From the NCBI GenBank assembly GCA_038999435.1, contig JAVZYR010000005.1, positions 1-25,574 of the forward strand: DNA of 25,574 bases, read 5' to 3'. A program made the translations under genes and the position numbers. Below are positions 1-8,943 of this stretch, piece after piece. The DNA comes from Candidatus Aenigmatarchaeota archaeon. GTDB lineage: Archaea > Aenigmatarchaeota > Aenigmatarchaeia > QMZP01. Each line of letters begins with the position of its first letter. The stretch's first letter is position 1. Under the pieces are notes generated by a model. The model had not been told where the DNA came from. It saw only the letters and a list, made by a program, of their open reading frames with translations, and searched no databases.

Positions 1-7
1 CCACATT

Positions 8-1321
8 TCATACATTCATATTTTGCCATAGCTTTCCAAACCTCCCAAACATACCTCTCTTCAATTTTTTACCGCTGAACTGTTTTATAATCTTTTTGAG
101 CATTTTATAATATCTCAAAAGCTCTTTTATATCTGATTCGGGAACACCTGAACCCTTTGCTATTCTTGCTATCCTTGTACCTTTTATGATCTCAGGGTTT
201 TCTCTTTCCTCTTTTGTCATTGATTGTATAGCAAAAAACCATTTTTTCATCTTGCTTTCCTGTATATTAAGCATATCTTTTGGTATTTTCATCATACCAA
301 AACCTGGTATGTGTTCAACTATTTTTTCAATTGGGCCCATTTTCTGTATGTTTTTAAGCTGTTCATAGAATTCATTAAGCGTGAATCGTTCTGGCAGAAC
401 AGATACCTCTTCAATACCTGCTGTCTTTGCCTTTTCAAGCAGGCCTTGTATGTCACCCCACCCTATGAGCCGGGAGACGAATCTTTTTGGTTCATAACTT
501 TCAATATCATCAATCTTTTCTCCTGTGCCCAAAAAAATAACATTTGCACCAGTGATCTTAGCTGCGCTTAATGCACCCCCACCTTTTGCCGTGCCATCCA
601 TTCTAGTTATGACAATGCCAGTTATTTTGACAATCTTTTGAAAACCCTCTGTTTGTGCCTTTGCTGCTTGGCCAAGTTCAGCAGGCAGGACAAGCCATGT
701 TTCATCTGGTTTTATCGTTTTTTCCATTTCTTTAAGTTCTTTTGCAAGCTCTTTATCCAGCGCATCTCTTCCTGCAGAGTCGAATATGAGCACATCTTCC
801 TTTGCCTTTTTGATTGCATTTTTTGCAACATCTTGTGAATTTTTACCTTCAGCATACACAGGTACACCAACCTTTTCACCTATCTGTTTGAGTTGGGTTT
901 GGGCTGCAGGTCTATAAAGATCGCATGCCACAAGACCTGTTTTAAGCCCCCTTGTTTTAAACCACTTTGCAATCTTTCCTATGGTTGTGGTCTTACCTGA
1001 ACCAAAAAGGCCAACAACAAGAATCCTTTGTGGTTTTAGTTCAGGGCTTCTTCCGCTTCCAAGCAAAGAAACAATCTCATCGTATAATGTTTTTATTAAA
1101 ATCTCCTTTAATGTTAGGCCTGCAATCTGTTTTTCAGATGTTATCTTTTTTCTTATCCTATCACAAAGTTCAGCAACAAGTTCAACATCCACATCTGCAG
1201 ATATGAGGGCTCTTTGAACATCTCTTAGCACTGCATCCAACTCTTCTTTGTCAATCTTTGGAAGTCTTGCAATCTTTCTGAATGTTTCAGAAAGGCGCTC
1301 TCCAAGATTGTTTAGAACCAT
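8..1321 (-). CDS. srp54: Signal recognition particle protein SRP54
   Basis: N domain (RALISADVDVELV), P-loop GLFGSGKTTT, DLYRPAA, DSAGR, DGTAKGGGALS, and an M domain (IQSMTKEERENPEII..RIARIAKGSG). Confidence 0.97.
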   Translation of the reverse strand: MVLNNLGERLSETFRKIARLPKIDKEELDAVLRDVQRALISADVDVELVAELCDRIRKKITSEKQIAGLTLKEILIKTLYDEIVSLLGSGRSPELKPQRILVVGLFGSGKTTTIGKIAKWFKTRGLKTGLVACDLYRPAAQTQLKQIGEKVGVPVYAEGKNSQDVAKNAIKKAKEDVLIFDSAGRDALDKELAKELKEMEKTIKPDETWLVLPAELGQAAKAQTEGFQKIVKITGIVITRMDGTAKGGGALSAAKITGANVIFLGTGEKIDDIESYEPKRFVSRLIGWGDIQGLLEKAKTAGIEEVSVLPERFTLNEFYEQLKNIQKMGPIEKIVEHIPGFGMMKIPKDMLNIQESKMKKWFFAIQSMTKEERENPEIIKGTRIARIAKGSGVPESDIKELLRYYKMLKKIIKQFSGKKLKRGMFGRFGKLWQNMNV

Positions 1322-1324
1322 ACA

Positions 1325-2059
1325 TTACTCCATTATCTCGAATGTTGCTGATGGAAAATCTTTAGAAATAGCTTCAGCAGCAGCCTTTAACCTTTTTTTG
1401 ATATCTTTATGGTCTGAACCTTTTGCTAAAATCATATAATTTGGCGCTGAAATATATCTAACCTCAACATCACTTAATTTAAGCAAGCTTTTCTTTATCC
1501 TTTCTATACCATCTGGTTCATAACTTATCAGCTTTAGTATCATCTTTGCTTCGTAAACCTTTTTCTCTTTTGCCTTTCTAGCCAAATTTATAATTTCATC
1601 TGCATACCTTTCTTTTACCCTTTCTTTAAAGCTTTCAGGGTTCTTTGTCGCCATTTCAATTGCCTTTGCTAATGAACCAAAACTTTCAATTAGCATATTG
1701 TACATCCTTTCAGCTTCTTTTTGAGAAAGATTGAGATTTTTTTGCGCAAGTTCCAAAATTCTTTCAGCTTTTTTCTCCCTCTTAAATTCATTCAGCTTTC
1801 TTTCCCTCTCATCTCTTTCCACTCTTTTAACAGAAAGTAATATCGTTGTATCTTCAACGTCTATGACCCTGCACACCGTGTATTGACCTTCTTTCAAAAA
1901 CTCCTTTATTGACCTTACCCATCTTTTTGCAACTTCAGAGGCATGTATCATTCCTGTTATGCCATACTCGATAATCTCTGCTGTGGCTGAATTTGGATAT
2001 ATTTTAGTAATTTTACATACAACAAGTTCGCCTTTTTCTGGCTTTGCGCCTCTTTTCAT
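1325..2059 (-). CDS. eif2a: Translation initiation factor aIF2 subunit alpha
   Basis: N-terminal S1 domain (PEKGELVVCKI..GMIHASEV..WVRSIKEFLKEGQ), C-terminal YISAPNY, and the conserved position after rpl44e-rps27e. Confidence 0.95.
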   Translation of the reverse strand: MKRGAKPEKGELVVCKITKIYPNSATAEIIEYGITGMIHASEVAKRWVRSIKEFLKEGQYTVCRVIDVEDTTILLSVKRVERDERERKLNEFKREKKAERILELAQKNLNLSQKEAERMYNMLIESFGSLAKAIEMATKNPESFKERVKERYADEIINLARKAKEKKVYEAKMILKLISYEPDGIERIKKSLLKLSDVEVRYISAPNYMILAKGSDHKDIKKRLKAAAEAISKDFPSATFEIME

Positions 2060-2223
2060 TTTAGAGTTTCGATTATCTTTCCTTTTATATCTGCTTTACC
2101 CCCCTTTGGTTCTGCAAGCAATTCACCACAAACAAGGCATGTTATTTTTGTTGCCGCTTTCTCGAAAATAATTTGCTCATTCTTGCACTTTTTACATCTT
2201 ATCTTAACAAATTTCCCTGTCAT
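2056..2223 (-). CDS. rps27e: 30S ribosomal protein S27e (55 aa; not in ORF track)
   Basis: Hand translation: [56 protein letters not shown]4 zinc finger plus PxGGKA. ATGA overlaps with both neighbours. Confidence 0.96.
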   Translation of the reverse strand: MTGKFVKIRCKKCKNEQIIFEKAATKITCLVCGELLAEPKGGKADIKGKIIETLK

Positions 2224-2504
2224 ACCAATTCAAACTTCCTTGCCCTAAATCCTTTTTTTGTATGTTTTTTCTTACATTCTTGGCATTCAAGCCTTATATC
2301 AACCTTCTTTGTTGTTTTTCCTTCGCCCTTTGGATTTGGCCTTGGAAAGCTACCATATCCTTTAATCTTCCTCTCAAATCTTCTTTGAGCAAGAGACATC
2401 GGATGCCCACTTCCTCTTGCCCTTTTCTTCACAACACTAACTTTATGCTCAGTATGCTTTTTGCAATATGGACAAAGTGTCCTGATTGTTTTTGGGAATT
2501 TCAT
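2220..2504 (-). CDS. rpl44e: 50S ribosomal protein L44e
   Basis: [18 protein letters not shown] and [18 protein letters not shown]4 zinc finger; conserved cluster. Confidence 0.96.
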   Translation of the reverse strand: MKFPKTIRTLCPYCKKHTEHKVSVVKKRARGSGHPMSLAQRRFERKIKGYGSFPRPNPKGEGKTTKKVDIRLECQECKKKHTKKGFRARKFELV

Positions 2505-2995
2505 ATCTTTTTAGCTATACCTTTTTCTATTAATATATTTGCGCTTTCTATGGGTAAATTTGCAACATCACCCTCTTTGAATGGGCCATAAACCTTCATA
2601 TCAGGGCCCACGAAATCGGGGAATTCCTTAATAATAACAATGAGTTCATTCTTCTTTTTATTTTCAAATATTTTACTTCTATCCTCCTTCCATTTTTTAA
2701 GAATTTCAACAATCTGCTCAAAAAAAGACCTCTCCTCAGTCAAAAGATTTTCAGGTATGCTGCCTGTTTTGATATGATACAAAGCCATATTTAGCAATTT
2801 CAAATCCCTCATATCAAACAAGTCTCTAATAAGCTTTTTTGCAGATTCTAATTCCCATTTATCTTCTATTTCTAATGCTGCCTTTTTTTCAAGATATTCA
2901 TTTAATGATGGTATGAAATCTTCTGGTAATTTTGTCAGTTTTTGGTTCATTTTTTCTTGTTCAAATATTTTTCTAAGCAAATCGTATGTGAGCAT
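2501..2995 (-). CDS. ginS: DNA replication complex GINS protein (Gins51/Gins15 type)
   Basis: Helical A domain ([20 protein letters not shown]) followed by the B domain [31 protein letters not shown]; sits between primase and rpl44e. Confidence 0.9.
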   Translation of the reverse strand: MLTYDLLRKIFEQEKMNQKLTKLPEDFIPSLNEYLEKKAALEIEDKWELESAKKLIRDLFDMRDLKLLNMALYHIKTGSIPENLLTEERSFFEQIVEILKKWKEDRSKIFENKKKNELIVIIKEFPDFVGPDMKVYGPFKEGDVANLPIESANILIEKGIAKKI

Positions 2996-2998
2996 AAT

Positions 2999-4225
2999 TC
3001 AATATTTCCTTTTTGTTTTTAATTTCTTTCCATAACCAACAGGATTTTTTATCATTTTGCATTTTTCATCTGGTTTGCATATACCAAAAGATTTATAATA
3101 TGTTTCGTTTGTGCAATTTGGTGGAAGGATCGGTTTTTTATCTTTTGAGTATCTTAGTTGTGTTCTAACATATGTATCTCTTAATGGTGGTTTATTCTTT
3201 TTATTCCATTCCCATATCTCATTTTCTATTCTTCCCCAGTCCCAACCTATCGACTTAAAATAATTGAGCATGATAAAGAGGGCCCTTTTTCTACCATCTG
3301 AAAGGCCCTGTAAGGCGGTCTTGATGCACGGCGGAGTCTCTCTTTTAAAAGTCCTTCTTGTTGGTGATATCACTTTTTCAGTTTTTCTCTGTTTTCTTGC
3401 CCAATCTGATGTTTCAATGAAAAGTATATCTGCGCTTTCATTTTCTATTACAGGAAATCTTTTTATCTCAACAAGCTCTGGCACTGCCATCTCCTTTTTA
3501 AAATCCTCTATTTCAGATGGCTCAAGCAGAACAGAGACGAGACCTGTTTTTGCATTTATAGAATATGGCATTCTAAATAGATGCCTAGGAGATATCAGTA
3601 AAGGGTCTATCTCAACAATCTTCCATGGATTTATCCCTTCATCTGTCATGATATTCTTTAACTCAATCCCCAATTCCTTTGCAATCTGTTCTGGATTTTT
3701 GTACAATAGCAGCTCTCTCTCAAACTTCTCTCTTGCGAAATATTTTATATAGGCACATACATCTCTTGCAAGCTCAGGAAACATCTTAGCAGTTGGCTGA
3801 AGATTGATATCTTTAGGTATTGCCTCCCATGGTATGCATATGTGAAAGCCTTTTCCACCACTAAACTTTATCCAAAAATCTGTTTTATGCTTTCTTAATG
3901 CCCATACAATAGCCTTTACTGCAATCTTTCCATAAAAGAAGTTTTTACAATCAAGGTCAATAACAAGGTCCCATCCAGTTCTCAGTTCATCATATCTTTC
4001 TGGCTTAAGGGCCATCGGATTTGACCATCGCTCGAGAGAACAATGAAATTCTACCATACCCTGTTTGACCATGCTCAGTATATCACCTGTGCTCAAAAAC
4101 ATGTTTGGTCTTTGTCCATATACTCCATTTTCAAAAACACCAACAATTTCCCTTTCCCTTGAAAAATCAAAAATTATATTCTGTACATCATCTCTTGAGT
4201 AGTAGCTGATGGCATTTTTTATCAT
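2999..4225 (-). CDS. priS: Single-chain DNA primase: PriS catalytic domain fused to a PriL C-terminal Fe-S domain
   Basis: AEP motifs WDLVIDLD, FSGGKGFH and RHLFRMPYSIN. The C-terminal region has PPCI..GRKRALF..PPNC..GICKPDEKC..KNP (4 Cys). Confidence 0.9.
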   Translation of the reverse strand: MIKNAISYYSRDDVQNIIFDFSREREIVGVFENGVYGQRPNMFLSTGDILSMVKQGMVEFHCSLERWSNPMALKPERYDELRTGWDLVIDLDCKNFFYGKIAVKAIVWALRKHKTDFWIKFSGGKGFHICIPWEAIPKDINLQPTAKMFPELARDVCAYIKYFAREKFERELLLYKNPEQIAKELGIELKNIMTDEGINPWKIVEIDPLLISPRHLFRMPYSINAKTGLVSVLLEPSEIEDFKKEMAVPELVEIKRFPVIENESADILFIETSDWARKQRKTEKVISPTRRTFKRETPPCIKTALQGLSDGRKRALFIMLNYFKSIGWDWGRIENEIWEWNKKNKPPLRDTYVRTQLRYSKDKKPILPPNCTNETYYKSFGICKPDEKCKMIKNPVGYGKKLKTKRKY

Positions 4226-4253
4226 AATATCAATTGATAATAAATTTTAAGTA

Positions 4254-4550
4254 TTAGGATGAAATGCCCATCAAGATTGAATAGACACCTTTTATAAACA
4301 GCAGTACTGCAATAAAAACAAAACCAGACCATTCAATACCTGCAAGGACAATAAGAAGGGATGCACCAGCAGCTATATCAAGCCAACCCAGTATATCAAA
4401 CATGAAGCCACCTGCTGCAGCAGAACCAACAGACCAAAGCCCTTTAACAAACCATATTATTCCAAAAATAAGAAAAAGTGATTTCAGCAGCCCAAAAAAA
4501 ATCATTGCAGCAACCAACACATCAAGAATACCTAAAAATATCAAAAACAT
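4254..4550 (-). CDS. Small integral membrane protein (about 4 TM) with a two-fold internal repeat
   Basis: Almost entirely hydrophobic, with two copies of LGxLD...KGxxS. The start overlaps the leuS 3' end by 10 nt. Confidence 0.75.
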   Translation of the reverse strand: MFLIFLGILDVLVAAMIFFGLLKSLFLIFGIIWFVKGLWSVGSAAAGGFMFDILGWLDIAAGASLLIVLAGIEWSGFVFIAVLLFIKGVYSILMGISS

Positions 4551-7318
4551 AGCTCAATACCCGGCTTTCCAGGCTCAGCCTTTAGAGCCCTTTCTGATTT
4601 ATGCTTTTCAGCCTCAAATATCTCAACTTTGCAGCCAATCTCCTTCTCAAAGAATTCTTTTGCAGATTTTAGTGTTTCAAGTTCTTCCATGCTTGATAGC
4701 ATCTCAACAGGCTTACCTTCTTTGAAGAGCTTTTTGACATATTCAACAACATTTGGTCTTGACCTTATCTCAGGGTCTGACAGCACATCCTTCAAAATCC
4801 TCTTTTTTTCAATCGCATCCATAACAATTTTGTAAATATGGTGCTTCCATTCTGGTGCAATGTATATCTTTATCTCTTTTGGTGTGCCCTTCAATTTTAT
4901 TATTTCTCTTATATCATCGAGTGTCCTTTCAATAAGCCTTTCTCCGAGCCCAAGCCTTAAATCTATTGCTTTTACATCAGCTTGTGGCCAACCTGTTTCA
5001 TGCACAAAACCTTGATTGCCCATCTCTTTCCAAAGCTCTTGTGTGAGATGCGGCATGTATGGCGATAGCAGCTTAAGCCATATATCTATCACATCTTTCA
5101 GTATCTTTTTATTTGGCTCTGTTCTTCTGCAATACCATTTGAGCATATTCCAAAATTCAAAAAATACCGCAAGTCCTGCCTTTCTTATTTGCCATCTTTC
5201 AAGGCATTCTGTTGCATCACGGACAATCCTGTTAACTTCTGAAGCAAGCCATTTTTCAACCCTTCCAATTTTACCTTCTTTTCCAGCACCTTTTAGCAGC
5301 CTTATGTACTCAAACCATTTTTCAACCTTTTCTTTATACTGTTCAACCTCTTTCTCTTTCCAGTCAAAATCCTGCCATGGCTCGGCTGAAAGCATGAGGA
5401 ATAGCCTCACAACATCAGCACCATACTTTGCTATCGCATCCTTTGCAAGTATGACATTTCCTTTAGAGCTTGACATCTTTTGAGATTCGAGCAGGCCCAT
5501 ACCAAAAACAACAATACCACGTGGCCAGAACTGCTCTGGGAATATTGCTGTGTGATGGAAAACCATAAATGTGAGATGATTTTGTATAAGGTCTGCTGCA
5601 GATGTGCGCCAATCAAGAGGATACCAATAGAGGAAAGATTTTCTTGCCTTTTCTATCTGACTTTTATTTAGCCCTGTTACCTTTTCTATTTTTCCCAAAT
5701 CACCTTTTCCTAAAAAGACATAATCAAAAAACTCATCATAAAGTTTGCAATTTTTCACAAGATGGGAGATTGTATAGTATGCCATGTAGATTGTTGAATC
5801 AGACAGCGGTTCTATCATAAATTTTTCATCATGTGGAAGATGTGTACCCAGCCCATAATTTCTTACACATGGCCATTCCTTGAGCCATTCAATAGCATGT
5901 TCATAATCCATCTTTGTATGCTCAGGTATCAGCTGCATCTTATCAAATGCCTCTTTTGTCCTTTTCTTCCAACTTCTGTTGGAGTAGTCTATAAACCATG
6001 ACCTGTCAATTGCAACAATCACCTTTGCACCGCATCGGCATCGTACAGGCTCTGAAAAGTCCCACATCGTTGATGCCTTTCCGCTTTCTATTAGCTGTTG
6101 TTTTACAGCCTCCTTTGCCTTTGAAACAGCCATACCAGCATATTCCCCTGCTATCATCCTACCTTTGTGAAAGCCATCCTTGTAAACATCCCTTGTCGCT
6201 TCCTCTATCTTTGCCTTTTCAGATATGGATTTTATACCCCTTTCTTCGCATGCTTTTATCGCAGCAAGCCTGCCATATCTTTCTGTTTCGATGATTTCTA
6301 TCGGTTTTATGCCCTCAGCAATATTTTTCCATTTTTTATCCTTCTTCAATTCTTGCAATGCAATCCAGTCCCACGGCGCATCAGAGGGCACAGATGTTAC
6401 AATACCTGTACCAAAATTTGGGTCACAGAATGTTGCAGGTAATATAGGTATTTCTCGCTCAATACCAGGCGCCCAACATTTTTTCCCAAGCAGATTTTTT
6501 CCTAATATCTCATCTTTTATTTCAACCTTCTTACCTTGATGAGAAAGTTTCTCTGCACATTCTTTTGAAACAACCCACCTCTCACCATCAACATCTGCCT
6601 CAACATAGCTTATTTCAGGATTCACCCACATATTTGTCTGGCCATAAATCGTTTCAGGTCTAAGCGTTGCTGCAACAAGATATTTGCTATCGAATTTGAA
6701 CTTTATCAGTACAAGCTCTTGCATCTCTGCCTCCTCACCTTCGAGTAGGTCATGCGTTGTTACAGGGTTCTTTTCATTGGTACACCATTTTACAGGATGT
6801 CTGCCTTCGTGCTCAAGTCCTGCTTTGTAAAGCTTTCTATGCTGCCATGAAACGAATGCATTATATTCAGGGTCAGCAGTTAGAAATTGTCTTCTCCAAT
6901 CAATCGACAGGCCAAGTAAGCGCATCACAGGGATGTAGTCATTTTCTATGAAAAATCTTGCATACCCAATTGGTGTGTCGAGCTTTTTTAAATCATCATC
7001 AGTCAGCCTGAATATCTCCTTCAAAACCCTCATCTGTCTTGGCTCTTTTGCCTTTAGCCTATTCACAGCACCAACAATCGGTGTGCCTGTGACATGCCAT
7101 GCCATTGGAAACAGCACATTATACCCCTCCGCTCGCTTAAATCGAGCAATGATGTCAGGAACTGTGTATGTTCGAACATGTCCAACATGCATGGGCCCTG
7201 ATGGGTATGGAAATGCAACTGTGAGATAAAACTTTTTATTTTTGTTTGGTTCTACTTCCCATACCTTGGCTTTATCCCACTCTTTTTGCCATTTCTGCTC
7301 TATTGCTTTAAAATCCAT
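4541..7318 (-). CDS. leuS: Leucine--tRNA ligase (archaeal type)
   Basis: FPYPSGPMHVGH (HIGH), ATLRPETIYGQTN, editing-domain GTGIVTSVPSDAPWD, IEPLSDSTIYMAYY, KMSSSKGN (KMSKS) and C-terminal KAEPGKPGI. Start set at ATG 7318 rather than the upstream TTG at 7333. Confidence 0.96.
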   Translation of the reverse strand: MDFKAIEQKWQKEWDKAKVWEVEPNKNKKFYLTVAFPYPSGPMHVGHVRTYTVPDIIARFKRAEGYNVLFPMAWHVTGTPIVGAVNRLKAKEPRQMRVLKEIFRLTDDDLKKLDTPIGYARFFIENDYIPVMRLLGLSIDWRRQFLTADPEYNAFVSWQHRKLYKAGLEHEGRHPVKWCTNEKNPVTTHDLLEGEEAEMQELVLIKFKFDSKYLVAATLRPETIYGQTNMWVNPEISYVEADVDGERWVVSKECAEKLSHQGKKVEIKDEILGKNLLGKKCWAPGIEREIPILPATFCDPNFGTGIVTSVPSDAPWDWIALQELKKDKKWKNIAEGIKPIEIIETERYGRLAAIKACEERGIKSISEKAKIEEATRDVYKDGFHKGRMIAGEYAGMAVSKAKEAVKQQLIESGKASTMWDFSEPVRCRCGAKVIVAIDRSWFIDYSNRSWKKRTKEAFDKMQLIPEHTKMDYEHAIEWLKEWPCVRNYGLGTHLPHDEKFMIEPLSDSTIYMAYYTISHLVKNCKLYDEFFDYVFLGKGDLGKIEKVTGLNKSQIEKARKSFLYWYPLDWRTSAADLIQNHLTFMVFHHTAIFPEQFWPRGIVVFGMGLLESQKMSSSKGNVILAKDAIAKYGADVVRLFLMLSAEPWQDFDWKEKEVEQYKEKVEKWFEYIRLLKGAGKEGKIGRVEKWLASEVNRIVRDATECLERWQIRKAGLAVFFEFWNMLKWYCRRTEPNKKILKDVIDIWLKLLSPYMPHLTQELWKEMGNQGFVHETGWPQADVKAIDLRLGLGERLIERTLDDIREIIKLKGTPKEIKIYIAPEWKHHIYKIVMDAIEKKRILKDVLSDPEIRSRPNVVEYVKKLFKEGKPVEMLSSMEELETLKSAKEFFEKEIGCKVEIFEAEKHKSERALKAEPGKPGIELCF

Positions 7319-7347
7319 ATTTCTATTTATCAAACAAATTAATATTT

Positions 7348-8943
7348 ATGAAAAAGTTCGTCCTGTTCATCTTCCTTTTGCTTGTCCCACTTGCTTCGGC
7401 CGCAAACTATACAGTCTGCTCATCAGGCTGCGATTATGACAACCTGACAGCATGCCTTTTTGCAATAAATGATACAAATAATACATGTATAATTGATGAA
7501 CAGGGCTATTGGGCAATAGATGGCAGTTATGTTTTTAGAGCAAGATCACCAATATCTGGCTTTATAACAACGAATAAAAGTGGAATTATACTTGATTGTA
7601 ATCTTAGCCTTATAAACGGCACATACAACAACATAGCAATTTATGTCAAAACGAATATCACAATCACAAACTGCAACATTTCAAATTTTGATACTTATAT
7701 ACAATGTGGTACCAATGAATGCTACTATGTCAATTTAAAAAATTGTACATTTCTTCATACCCGTCTTGAATGGGGAGAAGTTATAGTCGGCCTAAGAAAT
7801 TCATCGTTTTATAACAATAAAATATCAGGACAGCTTTTATTTTCTTTTGGTCCTTATAATAACATAACTCACAATGTCTTTGAAAATATTGTTTACTTTG
7901 GTGGTTTTCCTAGCTATTGTGAAATAAGGGATAATTTTATATCTGCTCGACAGGTCTCTTCTGGAAGATGGCCAAGTAACATAGTTATTCAAAATAACAC
8001 CTTTGTTATGTTAGAAGGATATCCAAATCATTTTACAATACAAAATTCAACTATACAAAACAATACGTTTGACTTTAATGATACGTCAAATGAAATTTGT
8101 TTTTTAAACTCAAACATATTTGGGAATGTTTTTGCAAACGGTTCAACATGGTATCAATATGCTATTTGCAAAAACAACACATACATAGACAATAAATTTT
8201 ACAACATCGATATGCAAAATTACGAAAATCTTTCTGTATTCTACAATAACACATTTGAAATGTCAAAACTAAACATAAATGCAACGAGAACAAACATTAC
8301 GTTAAATTTCTATAATTCCTCTTTGCTTAATCTCACAGGTGAGCAAAATGCATTTTGGCTTAACATATTTTACAACACAAGTATTTTAGATAATGCACAG
8401 AGCACTGCATACTGTATAGATAACAAAGGCAATCTTTATGAAGAAAGCCTAACACCCATGCCAGGTGACTGCGGGCCTGCAAATTTTACATATGTCAAGG
8501 AAAGATATTATAATACTGTTGGTCTTGCATGGCGAGAACAGTCAAGCCCAAGGAATGTAAGATATGATATATTTCTGAAAAATGAATGGGGAAAGAGATA
8601 TCACATAGCAACAACAAATTTAACAAATTGGACAGGCCCTGTTACTGTACCTGCAGGAAATTATACCGCTCTTCTTGTGCCATGGATTGAGGGCTCAAGG
8701 ATAAATGCAACAAACATCGAATCACAACAATTTGAAATCATACCTGTTCAGACAATGCAGTTTATAATGAAGTTTAACAACAGCGCTGCATGGGTATGGA
8801 AAGGAGAACAGGTTAGGGCATCTGAGCTTGGGCCTGTTTCAAAAGTTTACAACATACCATTCCTTGCAACATGGCTAAATAGCCTTTATGGTATGATTTT
8901 TGTAGGAAATGTGTTTGATTATTTTGCAGCCGGTATTGTTTGA
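7348..8943 (+). CDS. Secreted/surface glycoprotein with right-handed beta-helix (NosD/pectin-lyase-like) repeats and a probable FN3-like domain
   Basis: Signal peptide MKKFVLFIFLLLVPLASA, N-terminal VCSSGCDY..L.A cap motif, repeated I.NN.F / I.NC.I units, about 30 N-x-S/T sequons, and an FN3-like LAW...YDI...YT pattern. Confidence 0.7.
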   Translation: MKKFVLFIFLLLVPLASAANYTVCSSGCDYDNLTACLFAINDTNNTCIIDEQGYWAIDGSYVFRARSPISGFITTNKSGIILDCNLSLINGTYNNIAIYVKTNITITNCNISNFDTYIQCGTNECYYVNLKNCTFLHTRLEWGEVIVGLRNSSFYNNKISGQLLFSFGPYNNITHNVFENIVYFGGFPSYCEIRDNFISARQVSSGRWPSNIVIQNNTFVMLEGYPNHFTIQNSTIQNNTFDFNDTSNEICFLNSNIFGNVFANGSTWYQYAICKNNTYIDNKFYNIDMQNYENLSVFYNNTFEMSKLNINATRTNITLNFYNSSLLNLTGEQNAFWLNIFYNTSILDNAQSTAYCIDNKGNLYEESLTPMPGDCGPANFTYVKERYYNTVGLAWREQSSPRNVRYDIFLKNEWGKRYHIATTNLTNWTGPVTVPAGNYTALLVPWIEGSRINATNIESQQFEIIPVQTMQFIMKFNNSAAWVWKGEQVRASELGPVSKVYNIPFLATWLNSLYGMIFVGNVFDYFAAGIV

